A DNA stretch of 60,799 nucleotides, filler included, from Asterionella formosa (lineage: Eukaryota), in the NCBI GenBank assembly GCA_002256025.1. It is 11 parts of 11 records of this genome, joined end to end, with 100 filler letters (N's around TTAATTAATTAA, not from the genome) between each part and the next. Parts side by side here need not be neighbours in the genome. Positions count along the whole stretch, not along the records: positions 33,256 to 38,689 come from NKIB01013069.1; positions 38,790 to 44,222 come from NKIB01013070.1; positions 44,323 to 49,751 come from NKIB01013071.1; 8 more parts are not named here. The stretch is one strand, 5' to 3'. A model generated the notes under the pieces. That model searched no databases. It had not been told where the DNA came from and saw only the letters and a list, made by a program, of their open reading frames with translations. Made by a program: the position numbers and the translations under genes. Positions 36,230 to 48,385 of this stretch are shown piece by piece (positions within the stretch are counted from its first letter, which is position 1; every line of letters begins with the position of its first letter).

Positions 36230-37085
36230 TCAGGAGGAGCACCACAAGTGAGGGGGGTCCATAGTAATTCTGTTAAGTCTTATTGCAATGGAAAAGTTGT
36301 AGCTCTGTTGGGAAAAGTGATGGTCAGTTGGAGGAGTGGGCTGAAGGAACTCATGTAGGAAGACTTGACAGCAAGGCCGAAGAATGATTTGAAGGAAGTC
36401 CTGTTGGGAAACTGGATGGCAAGAAGGAGGAATGGCGTGAAGGGAATCCTGTTGGGAAACTTGAGGGCGAGACAGAGGGATGGCTTGAAGGAACTCGGGT
36501 TGGAAAGCTTGATGGGAAGGCAGAGGGACGACCACTAGGGAACCGGCTGGGGGCGGAGCTGGGAATCATGTTTGTTCCAGATATTTAAAAAGATGACGGC
36601 AATGATTCACCGCTCGAAGCCATACCGGGAGAAATGCCAATGATGGTGGGAGAGACTGCAATGACGGGCGAGATGGCCAATGGTGGGTGACAAGGCAAAG
36701 ATTGGGTCATAAGAGGGATAACTTGAGGGAGCCCCTTTTGGTAAAGTTGAAGGTGATGCGGAGGGCTGACTCGGAGAAACCCTAGTTGGGACACCTGAGG
36801 GCGTGACCGAGGGATGTTCACTAGGAAACCCGCTCGGGGTAGAACTGGGTAATTCAGTAAGTTTCAATGTTGGCGACGATGACGGGGACGCTAAATTTCC
36901 ACTGCTGGGGGCTATGCCGCTATTACTTGCGTCCTGCAAGATTCTATGAAGGCTTTCTCGAAACCCCTTCCTTTGTACGGTATCTGCGGCATCCCTGTTT
37001 GATGTTTTCTCCCCTTCCACATTTTGAGCAAAAGTAACCTTCGAAGCTTAATGAACGATTTTGTTGCAATCGGTAGTGCCTTCAT
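36230..37085 (-). pseudogene. Decayed tandem paralog of the PST-rich secreted protein
   Basis: Same start context (GAATTCTTGAAAATGAAGGCAC) and shared DTVQRK..RE.L.RILQDASNSGIAPS..SPS.SPT.K.TE.PSSTPSGFPS.HPS. The reading frame is broken into several pieces. Confidence 0.8.
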
Positions 37086-37336
37086 TTTCAAGAATTCAGC
37101 TCTATGCTCAATGCTTGGGCTGACTCATATTTTTTGTAAGCCTCCACATTGTTACGGAGAAGGTGTTACCGGTGATCTGATCATGTGCATTGAACAAAGA
37201 TTTGCAACGAAAATATTTTTAGTCGACATTTCCATTTTCGACTCAACGCATCACGGGATCAGGTTTTCACAATTTCTCTATCGGTATGTGCCGGAGTATT
37301 ATTATACATAGTTTATCGTTATAATTCGTATAATAA

Positions 37337-37485
37337 AACCCAAGTTGTATTTTCCTGTAGGCCTCTGCTACTATGTGTCAGCTGGGTGATTTTAATCCTG
37401 GTACGTAATTGGTAGAATTAAACCCAAGTTGTATTTTCCTGTAGGCCTCTCCTATGTGTCTACTGGGTCATTTTAATACTGGCAC
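37337..37485. repeat. Tandem duplication, about 83 bp x2
   Basis: AAACCCAAGTTGTATTTTCCTGTAGGCCTCT..CTATGTGTC..CTGGGT.ATTTTAAT.CTGG occurs twice. Confidence 0.85.
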
Positions 37486-37700
37486 GGTTTTGATCTGAAA
37501 ATACTAGTGGAAGCACCGTGTTACAACAGTATTTGCCAGTAGAAAAATTAAACCCGGTTTAATTGGGGGTTTAATTTTTTGGTTTAATTAAACCATAACA
37601 CGATCATCGTAGGAATATACACTGTACGAGAACATAAAATTAGTTATTACACTGTTCTGGTACCGGTAGTACACACAAATTAAACCCCATCATCATTCAT

Positions 37701-37742
37701 GTACCATTGGTACTTGGTACCTGGTACCTGGTACCAGGTACT
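37701..37742. repeat. CCAGGTA/TACCTGG heptamer cluster with GGTACC palindromes (example of a window-wide motif)
   Basis: GTACCATTGGTACTTGGTACCTGGTACCTGGTACCAGGTAC. Similar clusters lie at about 7821-7852, 30094-30110, 31728-31880, 38314-38405, 41241-41346 and 56350-56446. Confidence 0.85.
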
Positions 37743-38795
37743 CTGTATTTCGGTATGCAGCAGCGTTAAGGAGAGGAAGGTGTGACTGATGGGACACCAA
37801 CAGCAGGTGAAGGAGGGAAGTATGAGCTGCCAGTTTGTTTGTGGAACTATATACTTGGGTTGTACTCCCAGCAGATCGAGATGCAATGTCGCCTAGTTTT
37901 GAACTTAAGGTGGATGACATCAGCCAGTCGACTCTCATCTTGAAGGAGTGTTGACTCCTGACTACTAGTAATTGGTGGTAGCAGGAGTGACAAGTATGCA
38001 GAATGATGATTGAGAGTCCAGAAATGCCTCAAATGTGGTGTTTGAAGAAGTTTCGACAATTAACAAGTTGATGAAGCAACAGAAATGATGCAGGATGTGT
38101 GTCAAAGAGGTAGGAGGGAGGAAGCAATTCTGTCAGCATTGTAGTCTCACTTCATTTCGGGTATATGTATATTAGACATATACACACAACCCTATAATAA
38201 AAGACTTGGTCCTCTATTTACTATAATATAGTGCTATAGTAAATGTACTCGTGGTGACTCCATATCAAGTACTGGGTACTCTAAATACAAAAAATGGTCT
38301 ATTCCCGCATACACGTACCCTGGTACGGTATCTGGTACCTGGTACCCTGGTAACCAGTCGATACGAGCAAATGGGCGCCGGTACTAGGTACTGGTACCTT
38401 GTACCACAACCGGTATTGTCGCTAAGAATAGCTTTGTGCACTGTACTGGAGTACTAGTAAACTACTAGTGCTAGCTTCCACTACGGGTTTAACTGGGAGT
38501 TTAAGTTTTTACGACTACGTTCCCGGTATTTTTGCGTACTTGATCACGATAAATTACAGTGTCATCTAAGCCGCGTATTACGTGAAGTGACCATCACGTA
38601 AATAAGCCTAGTTGATTTTGAATGGATCACATGAATTAGTTGAATACATCAAAATGCTTACTTGAATATATCTATATATTATCTGAATANNNNNNNNNNN
38701 NNNNNNNNNNNNNNNNNNNNNNNNNNNNNNNNNTTAATTAATTAANNNNNNNNNNNNNNNNNNNNNNNNNNNNNNNNNNNNNNNNNNNNAAAAAA

Positions 38796-38832
38796 GGTAT
38801 CAATTTTGTATCAATGATACAAAATTGATACC
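38796..38832. repeat. Perfect 18-bp inverted repeat with 1-nt spacer
   Basis: GGTATCAATTTTGTATCA-A-TGATACAAAATTGATACC, followed by further TGATAC(C) motifs up to about 38905. Confidence 0.95.
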
Positions 38833-39149
38833 ATCAAGTTACCGTTGCTGATACCGTGTTTTGATACCAACCGTCACTTTTTGCCCGCAACCCGGAAATG
38901 ATACAGCAAATTCGGAATGATAAGAATGACCCTTAAGGTAATTCGACTATTGATAAAAAATTTCTCAACCAAGTGACGTGTATTGATATATTCAACTGCA
39001 ATTGGCTTTGGTATTTGGTCGATATGGTGGCGATGCTCTAAGGGAAATCTCTTCATTGTCCTGGGCCCCCCTTAAGTAAAATCAGTCAAATTCAGTCACG
39101 GCAGTGTACATTGTGAGGTCCAGGACAATGAAGAATACGGTATACATAT

Positions 39150-40522
39150 GAGCAATTCCTGCTCCAGCTATCGTCTTGCCATTCGGGTACTTCTAAGTAA
39201 TTTTTAAGGCTCTAAGTAATTTCTGAAGTAATTTTTATTTAAGGGTAATATGGGGCACATCGAATTTTTTGGCAATAAAATTGCCGATTTTAGCATGACA
39301 ACCAGAATAACGGTAATGTGCATAGAGATGGTACAACAAGCGTAAAGCACAAGAGAATGATTGTAACATGCAACATCAATGAAAATTAAACATGATGTTT
39401 GGAGCAACCAAAGTATGAAATGCGATGTAATAAGTAGCATCAAATGAGAAATAGAAAAAATTGTTTTGGGTTAGAAATGAAATTTAAAAAAAAGAGTTCC
39501 AATGGAGACATATGCATTGTGAATCATTGTAGTACTTACACAGACAACATTGACTTTCCATCACCACACAATCGAAGACCGAAAGAAGAAGAAGATAAAA
39601 AGCTCAACCCAATGTAGACCTGCATCGTTATGTAGCGTAAATGGTCTGGTTTCTGCAACCACCATGCGCATCGCTGTAGTAGCCTGACACCAGTAGCAGT
39701 ATTTCCGCCACAGTCATTCCTCTCCGCCGCCCACCAAACAAGCAACCCTGATCATTCCATTCTGAGCAAGCATGATCGCCACGCTGCTCCAGCACTATTG
39801 ACTGTCTAGCGGAGTATTCATGTAGTTTCTGATACGAAATCGTAGTAGAAATGTAGCAAAGCGCGTTAGTACAAGAAAAGCATTGCTTGGTGGCAATATT
39901 GACATCATTGTCAACAACTATACAAATCAAAAAATACAATCAAAAACGGCACAATATCACATCTTCAATGAGTAGTCATTGATAAATGCATTGGTTCTTA
40001 TGAAGATATATACAATCGAAACAAAACGACAGTGCGGAACGACAAACAACGATGAGAGCGATCAAAACAAACCACGGAAGCAATCAAATCGGAAAGTTGA
40101 TAAATACGATCTACAATCCACATTCAGTATTTCACTGTTGTACTCACTTATCCGCTTCAACTAGCATAACAAGCAGCAGACAATGGGATTAAAGAAAGAC
40201 AAACGTTGCCTATTGCAAGCCCGAATAGAGCAAAGGCAGGCAAGATAGAGTGAGAACTATATTTGTGAGGACGAAATCAGGCATACGGTACGTAAAATCA
40301 ATGAATATGTGAACGATATAATTCAACATTTCAGGTCTCTAAAAAATAATACCGAGTCTACAGAGATAAGATTACAACATGTTCAAAGTAAGCGTTAAAG
40401 CATAGCTTAAACCATGCATGGTTGTTTGTAGGACCACGTATGTATGTAGACTAGATGACTGCCGGTACTGGTAGAATATCCGTTAAGTATCATTACATAC
40501 ATGACTGGAGCAAAAACTTACC
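39150..40522. mobile_element. Second (inverted) copy of the 1.38-kb non-autonomous TIR element
   Basis: The reverse complement aligns with 16772-18148. Confidence 0.82.
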
Positions 40523-43097
40523 ACTACATCACAATATGGTACTGATAGTACCAGGTAGATTGGAGAGAGTTAATGCCAGACAAGGAGCCCAAGATGCAAC
40601 TTCCAAAATTCGTTGGTCTGGTTTCTGCTCCATTGAATTTTTGGTGGACAAGGTCCTTATTGTTGGGAGGTGCCATCGCTTTCCCTCTGTTGGTCTTTTG
40701 ATGGAAACCTGAGAAGATGATAAGGTCCACAATAATGTCGCCTTGACATCAGCCATCATGTATCATACTGAGGGTCAATGAGTGATTGTTCAAGTGCGCA
40801 AATTCGCTCTGTATCATCGGTTACAGAGCTGTCAAATGCCTGTACAGGGCCGTCCAGTTCCTCCTCTGTATTGTCCCAAAAAGGATCCAAAAGCTTTGGT
40901 TGAGGCCATCAGACGAATCAATTCGAACACAATGATGTGCATGCATATGTGGTGTAGCAGCCATCACAGCAGTGTCATGAAGCCAACTGAGTTTCGTGTG
41001 GCAAACAATATATTGTTGGTTATATGAAGGCTATGTTGGCTGGACCCAAAAACTGCATCAAACATCTTGATCCCTAAATCTTGATGTAGATACTTACTCC
41101 TTGAATGCTGTATTAGGTATACCGGTATGTACATGTACCCCGATGTAACAACAATACACCCATACCATACCAGGTAACTGTGTACTGTGTTTACAATCTA
41201 TTTGTACCGGCTAGATATACTAGTAAATACCAGAATGCACTGTACCAGGGTACCAGGTACCATGGTACCTGAATGTGACAGGTACAGCAGGGTACCAGGT
41301 ACTGTTGTAGACGCTACCGTATTCCTCTTACCTGGTACCAGTACCACTCCTAATAAAACGATACAGATGCATGCTGCATGTTATACCATTTGAAGGGAGC
41401 AACTTTTTCATTCATCATGTAGGATCATGGATTTCACGTAGACAACTTCATCCTTCTTGAACAATGAATTGCAAGGAACTTGTCCAAATACTTTGTTCAA
41501 CATTTTTAAATCTAAATAGGAGCTCAAGATTTTGTGGATACATAATTGAAGAACATTTATTTCCAACTGAAACATATCCTCATGAATATTTGTTGTTGTC
41601 ACTTGTGGCCAAACTGTTCCAAGATGAAAGTGTGTTGACTTGGTTGGTGGGTCAGATGTAACAGATAATGAATCATCAGTTCAATCAGTTGCTGTCCTAT
41701 CACCTGACGTTATAAAACTTTCCAGGACTCCGCCTCCAAACAGAATTGTGCCGCCCCGGTTGCCAAGAAATTTGGTTTTGCCATGCATTCCTTTCTAGTT
41801 GCAATATAGTTTCAATACTTTCACAATTGTAAATGGTCCACATGACCATCCACTATCATCTTCTGGTGTGGTTGAAATATCATGGAATCATGTTCAGCGG
41901 CCATAATGATCCGCAATGGTGCTTTGGTGCCAGAATAGAAAGATCCCAATAAACCAATTTCTTCAGGTGCATGGGATTCTTGTGGAAGATAGTATCCTTA
42001 ATTGGTGCATAACAATTCCAAATGTTAGGGTTGCTGAAATAGAAGATTCTTGATAACCTCGTATGGACAAGTTTTGAACCAAATTATGACCTTTGTATTG
42101 ATTGAGGTTGAGTTTGAGTAAAAGCATATTTTGCTTTCAATTTTACGATTATATGATCCTGAAACAATGATGATTTACTGTTCTGCTGCAGTAGCAACCA
42201 TCCTGAACATGATTTTTTTTAACCCTGCTCAAAAGTATGGAGAGCAGGTGTGTTTATTTCCTGAAGAAATTCCAAGAACTGAAAAGGAAACAAGTCTACT
42301 CACTTTCACTTTGTCTGTACATTGCCTTTGTACCAACATTTTTGCAGTAGGATTCGAAATGGAAAAAGTCTCAATCATTTCCGGAATTTTGCTTAGCGGA
42401 ATACGGGGTAAGCTAAAATGACCCTCGGGGTCATTATATATTAAATAGCGGTGGTATGTATCATATGCCAGTATACTTCCACCTTCTGCTACATCATAAA
42501 CGATTATTTTTACGTTCCAGTTGTAATGATACCGGTGTACTTGTCCACTGGAAAAAAGGGTGTAATTGATACTAGCTTGTAATTTCTCATAATGTCCTCT
42601 TCAGTCATGAAACGTTTTCACACAAGATCCATTCTGTATTCTATATAAGTTTTTATTCCGGCATGCAATATTTATAATAAAATCGATAGATACTGGTAGA
42701 TGATATGTGTGACTAACAATATTCTTCCATATCATGTATACACAAAAGCCCTTTCAACGCCATATTTATTACTTAGATGATAGTGCATGTAAATCAAACA
42801 AAGTATGAGGGACAAAAGTTCCGGCATCATGGTGATGACTGAAAATAAAGCAATTTAGAGCTTTCATGTAGAACTCAACGACATCAGTTGGTATAGAAAT
42901 TATTTCCGTAAGACTACCGGTAGTACGGAACCATGAGTCCAGAATTACAAAAACGATCGACATCATACGACACACACGCAAATGAAAAATATTTTTTCAT
43001 ATGCCTACAGGTTCGATCGTGCATACTTTATGATTATAAATTGTGTTTTCTCGTCGCTCGTCCTCTTTTTGATATCGTTCACAACAAGACCGCCAGC

Positions 43098-44222
43098 ATG
43101 TCATCAAGCAACAACAATAACAAGAAGAATGATCATAATGCTAGCCTCTATGCTCATCGGTTTGCAGAAGAAGCAAAGGAGGAAGAGATGGAAGCCACTG
43201 CAGGAGCAATGCTTCCTCAAGATGCCAAGAAAAAGTATGTCGGTGGATCCAGCAAAGTGGAGTACCAAAAGAAGAAAGCCGCAGTTATCATGCCTCCTCA
43301 AGATGGCAACGATTCGCCTAATATCGTTGTTCCAGCAGTCTCATCATCAACAGCAGATGTTGTGGCAGGACACGTTCGTCCTGGCGCTTTTGAAGTCAGA
43401 GGACCAGGATTCATTCCACAGGATGACTCCTTCTTGCATGTCGACACTGCTCCCACTAGCACTAACAACGTTCAGGATGAACTGGTGGAGCAGCTGGAAC
43501 CTGAATCACTATTCAAAGCTGTTCTTGTGGACGATTCTGAGATTCCAAGTGCGTCTATTGTTGATCATGAAGCAGAAGGAAAAGCCCAGTGTCAGCGTCA
43601 AGTGAGAAATACCTTGGTGGCAACTGGCATCTTAGTTTCCATCATTACTATTGTCATCATTGCTATTGTCACATGGCTACTGCTCAAACAACGTTCAGAC
43701 CCACCTTCTACATCATCTCCTACATCATCACCATTGTTTAATTTCTTGGCTGAACAATCATTTGATAATGGAACAGCACTCTCAACTCCTGGCTCTGCAC
43801 AACAAAATGCATTGATATGGTTGGAGCAGGCGAGACTTTATAATAATGCCACTGACTATACGTTATTGCAATTCTACGCCTTGGCAGTGCTTAATTATGC
43901 CACTGATGATTTACTTTCATGCCTTTCATGGTTGCGAAATAATGGAACTGATTTTCAATACGATTTTTGTGGTTGGAATTACATTTCTTGCAAAGATGAG
44001 AGTGATATCACAAGATTGGAAACTGTAAATTTAGAACTTGATGGATCCCTTCCGCCCGAGATTGGACTCTTGACAAGTCTCACTGATCTTTCTTTGTTCT
44101 CCAATAAATTCACTGGAACACTTCCGCCCGAGATTGGACTCTTGACAAGTCTCACTGTTCTATCTTTGTTTGACAATTCTTTCATTGGCACACTTCCCAC
44201 GGAGATTGGACTCTTGACAAGT
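43098..44222 (+). CDS. Diatom-type type-II membrane LRR receptor-like protein, 3' truncated
   Basis: A low-complexity N-terminus with RPGAFEVRGP is followed by a TM helix (LVATGILVSIITIVIIAIVTWLLL). Next come SFDNGTALSTPGSAQQNALIWL..LLQFYALAVLNYAT, the cap FCGWNYISC, and 24-aa plant-type LRRs LTSLTDLSLFSNKFTGTLPPEIGL. Confidence 0.92.
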
Positions 44223-44322
44223 NNNNNNNNNNNNNNNNNNNNNNNNNNNNNNNNNNNNNNNNNNNNTTAATTAATTAANNNNNNNNNNNNNNNNNNNNNN
44301 NNNNNNNNNNNNNNNNNNNNNN

Positions 44323-45105
44323 TTGCCGTGCACCCTGACATGAAGAGCCACACCGGTGGCGTGATGTCTTTTGGAACTGGAGGCATCATATGCAAGTCGA
44401 CCAAGCAGAAATTGAACACAAAGAGTTCGACGGAGGCTGAATTTGTGGGCGCCAGCGATTATCTCCCGAACACGCTGTGGGTAAAAATGTTTCTTGAAGC
44501 ACAGGGATACAAGATTCAAGAAAGTTTCTTCGAACAAGACAACGAGAGCGCAATTAAACTCGAGAAGAACGGACGAATTTCGGCAGGGCCAAAGTCTCGG
44601 CATATCAACATCCGCTATTTCTGGATTAAGGATCGATCGGTAGATGAAGGAATCACCATTCGCCATTGTCCAACGTTGGAAATGTTGGGGGATTTCTTTA
44701 CGAAACCACTGCAAGGAAACCTGTTCAGAACATTCCGAAATGTGCTTCTAGGAGCTGCGCACGTCGATACCCTGACTGCCAGTTCCCTGGCAACAGCCGA
44801 GGAGCGTGTTGGAAAAATTCGAGCTGACTGCCACAGGACAGGCGTGAAGGGTATAGTAGACACGAGAGAGTACAGTACTACAGTTAAAACCGTACAGCCG
44901 CTAACAAGAGTTACCTGGGCTGACGTGGTAAAAGGCACCACGCAAGGAAAAGCAATCAGAGGTCAAGAAAATATGTTAAAGTGCAGTGTGAGTAATAAGA
45001 GTGTTTCGAGACCATTATCTCGAAACAATCCAGTTAGTAAAGTGAAAGTTTAAGTTTGACAACTTCCTCGTTGCTATCAATTTCATCAACTGTATTCGAT
45101 TAACA
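44323..45105 (+). mobile_element. 3' end of a copia element: RNase H, PPT and putative 3' LTR (44807-45105)
   Basis: HPDMKSHTGG..KQKLNTKSSTEAE..QDNESAI..SRHINIRYFWIKD..MLGDFFTKPLQG. A PPT-like GAGGAGCG is followed by TGTTGGAAAAAT...TTAACA. The pol frame runs on into the LTR and stops at 45053. Confidence 0.9.
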
Positions 45106-45641
45106 CAGTACTAGGTTCAAGGCCTACGATACGGTCGAATACGGCAGTTGTTACAACAACTAGTACTGATCATTGCAGCAAAACCGCGGCCCCAGCAACT
45201 GATGATCAAGTGTCGAGGGCCCCGGTAGCACCTGCTATTAGCTCTGGGCCATGTGGAAGTGGCCAACAAGGGAACGGGAAGTGTGACGTTTCTGGTGAGT
45301 GCTGCAGCATGTATGGTTACTGCGGTGTTGGTACCGAATATTGCACTGGAACTTCCAGTGCCCCAGTTTCTACTGCTCCAGTACTGGCACCTGCGATAAG
45401 CTCTGGTCCATGTGGAAGTGGCCAAATCGGCAATGGGAAGTGTGACGTTTCTAGTGAGTGCTGCAGCAAGTATGGTTACTGTGGAATTGGTATCGAATAT
45501 TGCACCGGAACATCCCAGGCCCCTGTAACAAATGCTCCCAACAGTCGTGCTCCAACAAGTTCCAGTGGTACAGCAGCATTTTTGGTTTCTATTGTTCTTG
45601 TTGTGTTGGTCCAGACCATCTTACTGCTGCACATTCCGTGA
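45106..45641 (+). CDS. Chitin-binding protein with two hevein-like (CBM18) domains and a C-terminal GPI/TM signal; 5' end missing
   Basis: Two copies of GPCGSGQ.GNGKCDVS.ECCS.YGYCG.G.EYCTG, with Pro/Thr linkers and the hydrophobic tail AAFLVSIVLVVLVQTILLL. The frame is open back into the LTR with no upstream ATG. Confidence 0.82.
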
Positions 45642-46139
45642 CCAAAAACACGCACACCATCATGACTCTTTTTGTTGTTCAGTTGCCAGCCTACTTCTAC
45701 GCTACCAATGAGTGGAAGGGGTGAAACTTGAGATGAATTGAGTACGATTTTAGTGGTGCACTCTCTGGGCAGCAAGGACTCCATAATTTTTATGTTTTAG
45801 AAATAAGAAAAAAAGCAACATTGTTACAAGTGTAATCATGCTGGACATGGGAATCAAAAGGAGATGTAGTTGATTATAATCATCATGTTCTAAACCATTT
45901 GGAGTCAGATTGTTGAGAAAACAATTTCTTGAAATCAATGTCCAGACTACTATTATTACTGTTTTATCATTGTAATTACAGTACCCAGGTACTATTAATA
46001 TGTAACTCCCAGAACAATGAATATACAACTCAAGTAGAACAGCTGTAATCGACAAATACATACTGGTTGCTATACATTCTCCATATACATATTTATAATT
46101 TTACCTTTATCTCTTCAGTATGAATACCGGTATTTCAAC

Positions 46140-47780
46140 AATAACACAAGCAAAGCAGATTGCTCAAGATTTTTTGCTTCTGTATGGCTGGTTGCATGTT
46201 TGAAGAAGATATAGTAGCTCTCGTTGGCCTGGTCCAAACCATTAACATAGATTATTGGACGTCAGGTGAGTTAAAGACACTATTTGCTCCCAAAGCAAAG
46301 TATGGAGATGAAGCTATTGTCAAAAGAATTGTTATTTCCTTAATTGAGCTTTTCGAATCAATCGATAGATATCCCAACCATTGAAAATTTCTGGTTTAAG
46401 GGGACGATGCTGACTAGCATTGCTCAGAATTCGACATCTTCATGCTGAGACAGAGGAGTTTATATTTGGCCAGTGCTTTGAGGCAGTTTGTTCATAAGAA
46501 AATTGGGGAAACTAGATGGACCTGGCAGTGGTGCATCCAATATTCAATTGGAGTTATTTATCTTGGAATGTAAGCCTAGTACTCTAATGTGAGGACCTTT
46601 GGAAGATAACATCGGAAAATTTACAGGATGCTTTCTGTATGTCGCTGATCAAAAAGGGCGAGATTCCTCCATTCTTCCAATCAAATCCTGATGCCATGAA
46701 TACATTCAAGAAATTTTGGATTAACAATTTAAATGACTTGTCAGTGAAAAAATGTGTGAATATGTTCATGACCATCTGGTCCCAACATCGGTTGCGAATT
46801 TGGGTGTCGACATTCCTGATGACTGCAACACTTATGTTACCATCAAGACCAGGAGTTGTTGAGGACAGTGAACCCAACAACAGCAAAGAAAATTTTCTTC
46901 TTACCTATGGTTTGACAAAGATCTCAATTTGTGCAATTGCAAGGTGAATGCATGCAGTTGGATTCAACCACGAGACTCGTTGGAAACATTACTTTGTCGA
47001 TGGTCATGAGAAGGCAGACACCTCAGCCTACCATCGAAATTTCATTGCTGAATACTTCAAGCACGAGGTTAATGCTTTAAGTTGGTCACATTTTACAACA
47101 GAATAATCTATTTTTCAAGAGTCACAAGGTTTAGTTGTCAAGAATACTGGATTTCATTACAGTGATGATGATGGAATCCCTGTGGTAGAATATCATGCGG
47201 ACAACTTTGATACCTCACTGGCCAGATCTTCCAATGGGAGAAAATTGCAGTGTGCTAAATAACAAGCAATAAAAAGAAAAACTGTTATGATTGTTGGACA
47301 GGATGAAGCAATATTCAAACAAACAATTCTTGTTGAATTCCAAGATGTGGTGGACAGGTCCGAATGGTGAGAGACCCCTACTACCAAAAGATGAGTGTGC
47401 TGGAGTAATTATCAGTTCATTTCTCACTCAAGAGCATGGTTTGATACAAGAAATCTATGACAATTTTCTTGCAACGGTCAATGCTCATAGACTTGGAGCA
47501 GGTTATGCAGATGAGTAAGCTGCCGATAGCTGGGGAAGGTGTGGAATACATGAGGGCATGTGCCAAAGGCACATACCGGAACCTGGCACTGAAGGAGAAG
47601 AAGGGAAAATCCATTTTCACTGCAAGTGTTAGAACATGTTTGTCAGCAGAAGTGATTGCAGGAGCCCAAATAAGGAAATTTTCTCGACAAGCTTGCCAGT
47701 ACATGTTGGCTTACCATGTTCTTGATTCCTCGGCTAATTTGAATTTAGAGCCTGGTAGTCGATTGCCAGGATGAAATGTA
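46140..47780 (+). mobile_element. Decayed, internally deleted IS630/Tc1/mariner-superfamily transposase relic
   Basis: Fragments read KHYFVDGHEKADT..YHRNF, VGQDEAIFKQ..KMWWTGPNGERPLLPKDECAGVIISSF and IAGEGVEY..ACAKGTYR...IRKFSR.A.QYMLAY. Many stops and frameshifts. Confidence 0.72.
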
Positions 47781-48385
47781 GTAGGCAGAACAAGGTTGGA
47801 GCACATCCAATGGAATCCATTGGCCAGAGACCATGCAGAGTAAGTCGAGGTAGTAAGATCAGCAAAGATATGTGGGTGGAGAAAATGAATAAGACATGTC
47901 ACTGTGATGGGGGGAGCGGGTGATTGTAGTTGGAAGGAGAACTTATTCTTGTTTTGCATGGTAGCAACAGAGAGAGGGATGAGTGCAATGAGAGAGGGAA
48001 GGAGGTGGGATGGTGCTGGAAGTAGGCACCTAGTAATATAGTAGGCATTCATGTACAGATGTCAATCTTTGACTTCTTGTTAGCACATTCGGGCGCTTTT
48101 TAATTTTTGTGGAGTGTCGACAGGAGCGAAGCGGTTATTGTTTTCCATAGGAGGGTAGCTCGGAGGGGCAGCAGCGCATGCTGCCTTGTCCGAAGACACC
48201 ATCATGGTGGGGACGGAAAATTCAGCAGCAGCATTTAGGACTACCAAAAAACTATTCAAGAATATCTATTAGACGCATGAGATGAGTAGTGTTAAGGTTG
48301 CTTTAGTCCCATTATTTTCCATGGCCGAGGAGGAGGCCTCACAAAATTAAGCATTTTCTTTGATTTGTTTCAATTTTTATGAAGC

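Noticed and set aside
37930..38200. Possible PPT (TTGAAGGAG) plus LTR starting TGTTGA
   Set aside because: No recognisable pol sequence upstream and no clear LTR end; too degenerate to call.
40530..42420. Possible transposon-derived coding relic on the minus strand (DDSGWSCGPF, Ulp1-like); similar relic-like stretches at 6700-7450, 9300-10900 and 58100-58900
   Set aside because: Only isolated short motifs in heavily interrupted frames; cannot be assigned without a profile search.
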